Assembly (NCBI GenBank): GCA_963674785.1
Contig: OY771555.1
Coordinates: forward strand, 1,248,001-1,312,000
Length of the DNA: 64,000 nucleotides
Direction: 5' to 3'
Origin: Caldisericia bacterium
GTDB taxonomy: Bacteria; Caldisericota; Caldisericia; JAAYUI01
Both the position numbers and the translations under genes were made by a program. The stretch's first letter is position 1, and every line of letters begins with the position of its first letter. The notes beneath the pieces were generated by a model. It had not been told where the DNA came from and did not search any database. It worked only from the letters and a program-made list of their open reading frames with translations. Below, in pieces: positions 48,389-56,254 of the stretch.

Positions 48389-49045
48389 TTACTCTCTAAG
48401 TTTAGTCAACTGTTCGATTTTCTGTCTATCTCCCATTGCGATAAGCAGGTCTTCATCCCGAAGGGGTTCGTATGGGTCAGGAGGGACGATTACCTCTCCA
48501 TCTCTTCTGATTGCCAGAATCTGGATTTGATGAATCTTTCTAAGGTCTAGTTCAGAGATACTTTTCCCTTTGAATTCACCTGGTATGATGAATTCAGAAA
48601 TGGCATATTCATCTGATATTTCAATATATTCAAGGAATCCTGAGCCAGTAATTCGCCCAGCAATTCTTGTTGCCATATCTTCCTCTGGAGAAAAAATATC
48701 ATTTGCTCCAAGTTTTTCTAAAACTCTTGCATGAACAGCGTTTTCAGCCCTTGAGATTATGTGAGAAATCCCCATTTCTCCAAGCATCTGGGTGATGAGA
48801 ATGTTTGCCTCAAGGTTTCTTGCAAAACCCACAACAGCGACCTCACATTGTCCAACAAGGGTATCCCTAAGTCCTGTTTCATCAAGTGATCTCTGAAGTG
48901 AAACCTGTGTGGCAACTCCCTCCATCGCTTTTACTTTTGCAGGATCAGTGTCTATTGCAAGAACAGAATAACCTTCCGCTTCGAGCTCTTCGCACAAAGC
49001 TCTCCCAAATCTTCCCAATCCAAACACTGCAACATCAAGACTCAT
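48389..49045 (-). CDS. trkA: TrkA/KtrA potassium uptake regulatory subunit
   Basis: VFGLGRFG Rossmann motif, IISRAENAVHARVLEKLGA..PE, C-terminal RCK_C (GKSISELDLR, ILAIRR). Confidence 0.92.
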   Translation of the reverse strand: MSLDVAVFGLGRFGRALCEELEAEGYSVLAIDTDPAKVKAMEGVATQVSLQRSLDETGLRDTLVGQCEVAVVGFARNLEANILITQMLGEMGISHIISRAENAVHARVLEKLGANDIFSPEEDMATRIAGRITGSGFLEYIEISDEYAISEFIIPGEFKGKSISELDLRKIHQIQILAIRRDGEVIVPPDPYEPLRDEDLLIAMGDRQKIEQLTKLRE

Positions 49046-49121
49046 CTTATTCTCCTCCTTGACTGTTTACATCATCCATCTAAGATAATGACTCAATGAA
49101 TCTAATTTTCAAGGAGAAACC

Positions 49122-49280
49122 ATGATTAGAGTAGTTATTAAAAAACCTAGAAAATGCGAAATCGATGATGAAAAGTGTCGTGAATGTCAGACACCATGCA
49201 AGTCTGCTGCAAAAACTGCAAACACAATTGGCAACCAATCCTGTGAAGAAAAACAGGAAGAAACACGCTGGATATTATAA
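49122..49280 (+). CDS. scfA: divergent SCIFF-like ranthipeptide precursor (52 aa)
   Basis: Not in the ORF track. AAGGAG SD; MIRVVIKKPRKCEIDDEKCRECQTPCKSAAKTANTIGNQSCEEKQEETRWIL aligns with the SCIFF core CGECQTSCQSACKTSCTVxNQxCE. Directly upstream of a SPASM radical SAM gene. Confidence 0.9.
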   Translation: MIRVVIKKPRKCEIDDEKCRECQTPCKSAAKTANTIGNQSCEEKQEETRWIL

Positions 49281-50590
49281 ACTTTAAAAGACCTGGTATC
49301 ATTCATGTTTTTACCGTGAATGATACCAGTTTACTCTATGATACCTCAACTGGCTCACTTTTAGAGCTGGATGAGCATACAGCGATATCTGCAGAAAATA
49401 TTAGAAGTAGCACGGATTTAGCAAAAATTAATAACCCAAACATTCAAGCAGATTTTAAGTTGTTGTTTGATGATGGGGTTATTCTGTCGGATATTATTTT
49501 TCCAAAACCTCAAAAACTGAGACCAAAATCCCTTTGCTTAATTGTTTCACATGCCTGTGATATGAACTGTACATACTGCAGTTTGGCGGGAATTACAGGT
49601 GAAGACAAACTGATGAAACCTGAGGTCGCAAAAAAGGCTTTATCCTGGCTTGTTGATGCTTCACCTGGAAGAAAAATCGATATTGATTTCTTTGGGGGAG
49701 AACCCTTGCTTGCATGGGAAACCGTTGAACAAACAGTTTTGTTTGGTGAAAAACTCATGCAAGATAATGACAAACTCATCAGATGGTCACTTTCTACAAA
49801 CTGTCTTGGTCTTGATGATGAAAAGATAAAGTTTTGCAAAGACCATTATGTTTCATTGATCATGAGTCTTGATGGCACAAAAGAAAATCATGATAAGTAT
49901 CGAAAGCTGAAAAATGGGGATGGCTCGTTTGACAAGATTTTTCCTACAATAAAAAAGATCACAGAAAACTGGAATCAGGGATTTTATGTGCGCGGCACTT
50001 ATACAAAGGAAACCATTAATTTCTCAGATACGATCGTCGCTCTTCATAAGTTGGGGATAAAAAACCTCGCTTTTGAGCCGGTTGTCACTGGTGATAAAGA
50101 AATCGGATTTACATTAGATGATTTGCCAAGAATCCGTAATGAATATGAAAAACTCGCAAAATACTATGTCTCATGCAAGAGGAACAGCATTCCAATAAGG
50201 TTTTATCATTTTGAACTTAATCTCGATGGAGGGGTTTGTTCAAGAAAAAGTGCCGGTGGGTGTGGTGCTGGATGTGAATACATCTCAATTTCTCCAGAGG
50301 GTTCAATGTGGGTTTGTCATCAACTTGATGGAATTGATGAATATAAAATAGGCAGCCTTGATAATCCTCCGACAGAAAAGGTTTTTGATAGACTAAGTGA
50401 GATTAATCACATCACGAATAAGAATGAGTGTCCCGATTGTTGGGCAAGTTATTTGTGTGCGGGTGGGTGTATTGCAAGCAATGTTTTGTATGAAGGTGAT
50501 TTCGCAAGCCCATACAGAATTGGTTGCGAGATTCAAAAAATAAGACTCGAAACCGCTTTGTGGATTCAGTCGGAGTTATCAAAGGAATAG
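49268..50590 (+). CDS. scfB: radical SAM/SPASM peptide maturase (ScfB/CteB-like) with N-terminal RRE
   Basis: CDMNCTYC, DFFGGEPL, SLDG, VRGTY, FYHF; SPASM Cys array C..GCGAG..WVCHQ..CPDCWASYLCAGGC..C. Homology extends upstream of GTG 49316, so start placed at CTG 49268 (uncertain). Confidence 0.9.
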   Translation: MDIINFKRPGIIHVFTVNDTSLLYDTSTGSLLELDEHTAISAENIRSSTDLAKINNPNIQADFKLLFDDGVILSDIIFPKPQKLRPKSLCLIVSHACDMNCTYCSLAGITGEDKLMKPEVAKKALSWLVDASPGRKIDIDFFGGEPLLAWETVEQTVLFGEKLMQDNDKLIRWSLSTNCLGLDDEKIKFCKDHYVSLIMSLDGTKENHDKYRKLKNGDGSFDKIFPTIKKITENWNQGFYVRGTYTKETINFSDTIVALHKLGIKNLAFEPVVTGDKEIGFTLDDLPRIRNEYEKLAKYYVSCKRNSIPIRFYHFELNLDGGVCSRKSAGGCGAGCEYISISPEGSMWVCHQLDGIDEYKIGSLDNPPTEKVFDRLSEINHITNKNECPDCWASYLCAGGCIASNVLYEGDFASPYRIGCEIQKIRLETALWIQSELSKE

Positions 50591-50606
50591 TTTTTGGAGG
50601 TAATCG

Positions 50607-50957
50607 ATGGCGGTTTATCCGACTGATGATGAGATTATTCAAAAGTATTCTAAGGATTTATGTTTTGAGGACAGGAAATTGTTTATCGCTGAGTTTGAGT
50701 TACTAAAAAAATCAAATATTGTATACCTTGTTCTGATACTTTTTTTGGGAGGTCTTGGGATACATAAGTTTTACCTTGAACAAACTGGACTTGGAGTCCT
50801 TTATTTGCTGACAGGAGGAGTCTTAGGTTTTGGAACATTGTTTGACCTGTTTACATTTCTTTCTGCGACATATCACCATAATGATGCTCTTGCTTACAAG
50901 ATTTCACAGAAGTATACAGCAACTCTTCCATCTTCTGAGTATTCTCCCTGGGTTTAA
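50607..50957 (+). CDS. TM2 domain-containing membrane protein
   Basis: KKSNIVYLVLILFLGGLGIHKFYL...GVLYLLTGG..FG..FDL; GGAGG SD. Confidence 0.9.
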   Translation: MAVYPTDDEIIQKYSKDLCFEDRKLFIAEFELLKKSNIVYLVLILFLGGLGIHKFYLEQTGLGVLYLLTGGVLGFGTLFDLFTFLSATYHHNDALAYKISQKYTATLPSSEYSPWV

Positions 50958-50967
50958 AACTATTTGT

Positions 50968-51501
50968 CTATTGCCACTTAAAATAGAATTCTGAGTATGG
51001 GCTCTCCGGTCTTTTTTTTGTTCTTTCTGATTTTGTTGGCCAGTGTCCGTATCCTGCGATTATAGATTCGATGACACCCATCACATAAAAATCATTCATA
51101 AGATTTGTTGATCGGATAATAATCTCGTTGTTTTCAGATTTGATAAGCTCAACTTTACCATGGGATTCTTCGTTTGGGTTTCCAGAGTTTCCAAACATAT
51201 GTTCGACTACTCCTATACCCTTTTCAAGACTCTTATCATACCCCTTCACAAGATCAATTGCGTTTCCTTCGCCTTGCCAGCTTCGTTGCCATACTTTTCT
51301 GCCAAGTACCTTAATTCCAATCTCTCCAACGAAGCTTTCTAGTTTGTCGATATACGGAGTCATGCTTGTTTTGACAAATACTTCTTCGTCGTCTCTAAGT
51401 GTTTCGAAATCAAGACCCGATGCCTCTCTGCAAGCTTTCCTGTACCTATTTGCAACCATTGCATCTATCTCTTTCAAAAACTTTCCTCTTGTCTTTTCCA
51501 T
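50968..51501 (-). CDS. hypothetical protein (possibly V4R/H-NOX-like ligand-binding fold)
   Basis: 177-aa ORF with its own promoter TTGACT-17-TAATAT. Fold guess rests only on the C-terminal G.VE....IIR...F..GVIESI pattern. Confidence 0.7.
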   Translation of the reverse strand: MEKTRGKFLKEIDAMVANRYRKACREASGLDFETLRDDEEVFVKTSMTPYIDKLESFVGEIGIKVLGRKVWQRSWQGEGNAIDLVKGYDKSLEKGIGVVEHMFGNSGNPNEESHGKVELIKSENNEIIIRSTNLMNDFYVMGVIESIIAGYGHWPTKSERTKKRPESPYSEFYFKWQ

Positions 51502-51951
51502 GTTAAGATATTACTAAATTGGGTCTCTTTAGTCAAATCGATAAGATATAAAAATTTCAATTTTAGGGGAAGGTTGATTATTAATCTATAGAAATCATAC
51601 AATTATCATGTTCAAATCATTTTTTGTTATACTTTTGTTGAGTGGTAACTATCTTGCTCATGAATAAAAAGGTTGTCTAGCACTTGATTGGTTTTTGTGC
51701 AATTTAACTGTTCTGAATCTTACTCACAGTTGTTCTTTTTTTGGAAAACATCTCATTACGTTTTGACTTAAAAACGACATATTTTATTTTTTGTTAAATG
51801 TACAAAAAACGTAAATAAATCTTGTGTTTGTGGTATTTTTCTTGGCATTTGACAGTTTTATTAATATCCAATTATAGTTCTTATTTGTGAAGTAACAGAG
51901 TTTTTTAGTTTTCTTCATAAAAATAAAATGCGTTGAAAAAGGAGAGATTAT

Positions 51952-52266
51952 ATGGCAGTTTATTTAAGTGATTCAGAGTTAATTGCTCAAAACTCGAGAG
52001 GTATGTATGAACAGAAGAAGCTTGTCTTTATTACTGAGTACAATGGTTCTAAGAAATCTGATACAATCAATTTCTTGCTCGTTTTTTTTCTAGGTTTTTT
52101 GGGTATTCATAAATTCTATTTGGGAAATGCTGGAATGGGTGTGCTTTACTTTTTAACATTTGGAATATTTGGATTTGGATCATTGTATGATTTGTTCACA
52201 TATAAGGCCGCAGTTTTTCATCACAATAAGGACTTAGCATCCAAGATTGCTTCAAAGTATCAGTAA
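51952..52266 (+). CDS. TM2 domain-containing membrane protein (paralogue of 50607-50957)
   Basis: KKSDTINFLLVFFLGFLGIHKFYLG..GMGVLYFLTFG; same MAVY start as the paralogue; AGGAG SD. Confidence 0.9.
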   Translation: MAVYLSDSELIAQNSRGMYEQKKLVFITEYNGSKKSDTINFLLVFFLGFLGIHKFYLGNAGMGVLYFLTFGIFGFGSLYDLFTYKAAVFHHNKDLASKIASKYQ

Positions 52267-52276
52267 GTGGGAAATT

Positions 52277-52606
52277 ATGAACAAAGAAGGATATTCTAAT
52301 CTAAGTAAAAATCTCGGTTTTATATCGATTATTTTGTATGTGCTTCCGGTTCTGTTTATGGTTATAAACCGCTTTGTTAGTATTTTCTACTGGATTCCAT
52401 ATGTTGTATGGACAATTATAATGTGGTTACAGTTGGTAGCAGCTATAGCAGCACTAATTATCGGGCTTATTGTGATTCTCGGTGGTCAAAGAGATAACCA
52501 AGTCGCTATTCTTGGAATCATTTTTGGAGGAATTGGAGTTGTTCTCTGGGCACTCAGTTTCTTCTGGCATGTTGGTCTCGGTCGACTGATGTACTTTCTA
52601 CTTTAG
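52277..52606 (+). CDS. small membrane protein with three TM segments (DUF4190-like)
   Basis: Three hydrophobic helices, AILGIIFG motif. Confidence 0.7.
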   Translation: MNKEGYSNLSKNLGFISIILYVLPVLFMVINRFVSIFYWIPYVVWTIIMWLQLVAAIAALIIGLIVILGGQRDNQVAILGIIFGGIGVVLWALSFFWHVGLGRLMYFLL

Positions 52607-52615
52607 TATGATACT

Positions 52616-52648
52616 GCTAGGGGCACACTCCCTGTGTGTCCCCCTAGC
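52616..52648. terminator. hairpin between convergent genes
   Basis: GCTAGGGGCACAC...GTGTGTCCCCCTAGC imperfect inverted repeat. Confidence 0.65.
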
Positions 52649-52651
52649 TCT

Positions 52652-54427
52652 CTATTCCTGATTCTTAAACTGAAGCTCGTAAAGTCTTTTGTAAACTCCG
52701 TCTTTTTCAAGAAGCTCATCATGTTTGCCTGACTCAATTATTTTTCCCTTACTAATTACCAGAACCTGGTCAGCATCTTTGATTGTTGAAAGTCTGTGGG
52801 CGATGACAATTGATGTCCTTCCAACCATCATCTTTTGCATTGCTTTTTGAATGAGCTCCTCTGATGCGGTATCGATTGAGCTTGTTGCCTCATCAAGAAT
52901 CAAGATGCTTGGGTCATGAGCAATTGCCCTTGCAAATGATAAAAGCTGTCTCTGACCAACTGAAAGGGTGGCACCACGCTCTGTGAGGATTGTATCATAT
53001 CCATCATCAAGTTTCATGATAAAGTCATCAGCACCAACAATCCTCGCTGCTTCTTTAGCTTTTTCACGAGTTATCCCTGAGAGTAATGTGATGTTTTCAA
53101 TGAGGGGGCCAGAGAAAATGAATGGATGCTGAAGCACAACTGAAATCTGTCTTCTCAAAGAATTAAAAGTGAGGTCATAGATTGATCTTCCGTCAATCTT
53201 GATGTCGCCATCCTGAATATCATATAGTCTTGACAAGAGACTTATGATGCTTGATTTTCCAGCTCCCGTTGGGCCAACAAGTGCAATCTTTTCTCCTGGT
53301 TTTACAGAAAATGAGACATCTTTCAGGACTGGTGTTCCGGGATTATAGGCAAACTGGACGTGTTCAAAATCAACTCTTCCTTCAGCTTTTCCTTCAAATA
53401 CTTCTGCATCTTCCTTTTCGGTGATTGTCACAGGTTCATCAAGCAGTCTGAAAATTCTTTCCGATGACGCCATCGCTGATTGAAGAATGTTGAATTTGTT
53501 TGAAAGCTCGTGGACAGAATTGTAGAGGTCTCTGACGTATTGCACAAACACCAATACAGTACCAACCATGATAAACTCCCCGAGAATCATGATGCTTCCA
53601 TACCACACAACCAAACCCATTGCAACAGTTGTCAGAAGGTCTGTTGCCTGGAAAAAGAATGAAAAATTCAGAACCGCTTTAACTTGTGATGCAAGAAGCT
53701 CCCCGCTGATACTTTTAAACATTCTTCTGTTTACTTTTTGTCTGTTGGCAATTTGAATTGCCATAACACCAGAAATACTCTCCTGAAGGAAGGCATTAAC
53801 TTTTGCCATCTTCACTCTCACTTCCCTGTAGAATTTTTGGGCAAAGTGAGCAAAGATTGTTGTGACAACAGCTACAAATGGTACAACTGAAACTGCAACA
53901 AGTGCAAGTCTGGAATCGATCAGAAACAACATCACGATTGTACCAATGGAGATAAATGTCCCTGCTAAAAGCTCCGGTACACAATCCACCAAGAAGTCAA
54001 GAATCGCATCAACATCTGATGTAACTCTTGTCATGAGCCTTCCAACTGGGTTCTTATCATAATATGACATCTGCAGGTCTTGGAGCTTTTTGAAAATGTT
54101 GTTCCTCATATCACGGAGGATAAACTGACCGGTATCCAAGATGATGATTGATTCAAAGTAATTTACAACTGACCTTACGATAACCATCCCCAGTATTGCT
54201 AGAGATATCCATGTCAGTCCGTAGAAGTCATACTTTGCAATATAATTATCAACTGCTATTTTTATGAGGTATGGAGTAACAACATACATTGCATTCCAGA
54301 AAAGGAGTGCTGCGATTCCAAATGTAAGTCTCCATTTATAAGGCTTAAGATAAAAGAGCATCCTTTTGATAAGTCTTGAATCTAACGCTTTTCCTATTAT
54401 TTCTTCTTCATGTCTATATTCAGGCAT
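52652..54427 (-). CDS. ABC exporter half-transporter (TMD+NBD), MdlB/YheH/TM288-like
   Basis: Six-TM domain, GPTGAGKS, degenerate signature LSVGQ, canonical Walker B ILDE, IAHRLS. Confidence 0.93.
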   Translation of the reverse strand: MPEYRHEEEIIGKALDSRLIKRMLFYLKPYKWRLTFGIAALLFWNAMYVVTPYLIKIAVDNYIAKYDFYGLTWISLAILGMVIVRSVVNYFESIIILDTGQFILRDMRNNIFKKLQDLQMSYYDKNPVGRLMTRVTSDVDAILDFLVDCVPELLAGTFISIGTIVMLFLIDSRLALVAVSVVPFVAVVTTIFAHFAQKFYREVRVKMAKVNAFLQESISGVMAIQIANRQKVNRRMFKSISGELLASQVKAVLNFSFFFQATDLLTTVAMGLVVWYGSIMILGEFIMVGTVLVFVQYVRDLYNSVHELSNKFNILQSAMASSERIFRLLDEPVTITEKEDAEVFEGKAEGRVDFEHVQFAYNPGTPVLKDVSFSVKPGEKIALVGPTGAGKSSIISLLSRLYDIQDGDIKIDGRSIYDLTFNSLRRQISVVLQHPFIFSGPLIENITLLSGITREKAKEAARIVGADDFIMKLDDGYDTILTERGATLSVGQRQLLSFARAIAHDPSILILDEATSSIDTASEELIQKAMQKMMVGRTSIVIAHRLSTIKDADQVLVISKGKIIESGKHDELLEKDGVYKRLYELQFKNQE

Positions 54428-56222
54428 TGTTTATACCTTTCCTGTTTGATTGGTTATTTATCTCGCTGTGAAGCCTCTGCTTCTCTACAAGCTCAGCATA
54501 ATAACCATTCTTTGCAATCAATTCTTCATGTGTTCCATCTTCAGTAATACATCCACCCCTAATAACAATTATTCTATCACAAAGAGTCATAATACTTACT
54601 CTATGGGCAATAATAACCGCTGTCTTACCCTCTAAGGTTGGAGCAATAGACTCAATAATTGCAGACTCAGTATGTGTATCAACTGCTGATAGTGGATCAT
54701 CAAATATCATAATTGGTGGATCAGCAAGAACAGCCCTTGAAATAGCAACCCTCTGTCTTTGTCCACCAGAAAGAGTAACTCCTCTTTCCCCAATTACAGT
54801 TTCATATCCTTCATCAAACCCCATTATCTCATCATGAAGTTGAATCTTTTTTGCAACTTCTTCAATCTCTCCTCTTGTTGCCTCTGGTTTAATAAATGAT
54901 ATATTCTCAGCAATAGTTGAACTAAATAAGAACGCATCCTGTGGAACATATCCAATCGATGATCTTAGTTTTCCAAGATCCCAATCTCTCACATCAACAC
55001 CATCAATCTTTACAGAACCAGAAGCTACATCCCATGTCCTAAGTAACATCTTAGTAAATGAACTCTTACCAGCACCAACGGGACCAACAATACCAATCAC
55101 CTGACCTTTTGGTACCTTCAAACTCAAACCCTCAACTGAAATCGAAGAATCATCATACCTCAATGTAGCATCTGTTATCTCAATATCTCCTCTAACTGTT
55201 TCTGGGGTGTAGGGGTTTTCTCCTGTTTTGATTGTTGGTTTTGACTGGAGTATCTCTTCAATCCTGCCAGTTGAGACTTTGGCTCTCTGGAATGCCTCGA
55301 TTATGTGACCAAAACTCATTATTGGCCATATGAGCATCACGATGTAAACAATTGAGCTTGAAAGTTGTCCAATTGTTAATGCATCTTGCATAAACAGATA
55401 ACCACCAAACCAAATGATTCCGATTATTGGTATCCATACCACAACAGACAGTAGTGGTCTGATGAATGATCTTGTTTTATTAAGTTTTTTGTTAACTTCC
55501 ACATACCCATCCATAAGCCCTGAAAATCTTTTGGTCTCATTATCACTTTGAGCGTACGACTTGATTGTTCTTGCTCCGGAGAAATTCTCCTGTATTCTGT
55601 TTGAGATTTTATCAAATGATTTTTGTACAGATTTGAATTGTCTGTGAATCACTTTGGCTATTGGTATCGGAACAAGCGTTATCAATGGTATAATAACCAT
55701 CATGCTTAGTGCCAATTGCCAAGATGCTCCAAAGATTACCGAGAATGCAACCGCGAGTCTGAACAGTGAGTTTGGAACCATTATTGTCCCAAAAGTCAAA
55801 AAACGCATAATCATTCTGGTGTCAGATGCTGCTCTGTTCATGATTTCTCCGGTTTTCATGCTGTTGAAGAAATCATTTGAGAGAACCATCAGTTGACCAT
55901 ATATCTCATTTCTGATTTTGAAGGATATTCTTCTTGCTATCACGTGAATTGTGTATCTGCTGAAGAAAAATACTACAACTTTCACCATTATGATTCCGAT
56001 TATCCAGAAGAATATCTGCAGAATCGACGTCCTGGCGTCGCTCATTTGAATTAAGCCTTTGTTGGTGTCAACTGCAATATCAATACTTTTTCCAATTAAC
56101 ATTGGAATTAGCATATCTATTGCAGACGCTAGTAATCCAACTGTGGCAGCAATATATTTTACAAGGTATGGTTTTAAAGCCCTGTAATAAAATTTGAAGA
56201 CATATATTTTTCTATTATCCAT
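54420..56222 (-). CDS. ABC exporter half-transporter (TMD+NBD), MdlA/YheI/TM287-like
   Basis: GPVGAGKS, LSGGQ, degenerate Walker B IFDD, IAHR. Confidence 0.93.
   Translation of the reverse strand: MDNRKIYVFKFYYRALKPYLVKYIAATVGLLASAIDMLIPMLIGKSIDIAVDTNKGLIQMSDARTSILQIFFWIIGIIMVKVVVFFFSRYTIHVIARRISFKIRNEIYGQLMVLSNDFFNSMKTGEIMNRAASDTRMIMRFLTFGTIMVPNSLFRLAVAFSVIFGASWQLALSMMVIIPLITLVPIPIAKVIHRQFKSVQKSFDKISNRIQENFSGARTIKSYAQSDNETKRFSGLMDGYVEVNKKLNKTRSFIRPLLSVVVWIPIIGIIWFGGYLFMQDALTIGQLSSSIVYIVMLIWPIMSFGHIIEAFQRAKVSTGRIEEILQSKPTIKTGENPYTPETVRGDIEITDATLRYDDSSISVEGLSLKVPKGQVIGIVGPVGAGKSSFTKMLLRTWDVASGSVKIDGVDVRDWDLGKLRSSIGYVPQDAFLFSSTIAENISFIKPEATRGEIEEVAKKIQLHDEIMGFDEGYETVIGERGVTLSGGQRQRVAISRAVLADPPIMIFDDPLSAVDTHTESAIIESIAPTLEGKTAVIIAHRVSIMTLCDRIIVIRGGCITEDGTHEELIAKNGYYAELVEKQRLHSEINNQSNRKGINNA
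54472..55214. repeat. 743-bp NBD-coding block duplicated at 56295-57037
   Basis: By eye 54472-55088 is identical to 56295-56911, with 9 mismatches in the remaining about 125 bp; offset 1823 bp. Confidence 0.92.
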
Positions 56223-56254
56223 AACAAAACCATTGGCAAAAAACCAATGCTTTA

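Noticed and set aside
51608-51667. 19-aa hydrophobic ORF MFKSFFVILLLSGNYLAHE as a type-I toxin or leader peptide
   Set aside because: No SD and no supporting antisense structure; expected by chance in T-rich DNA.
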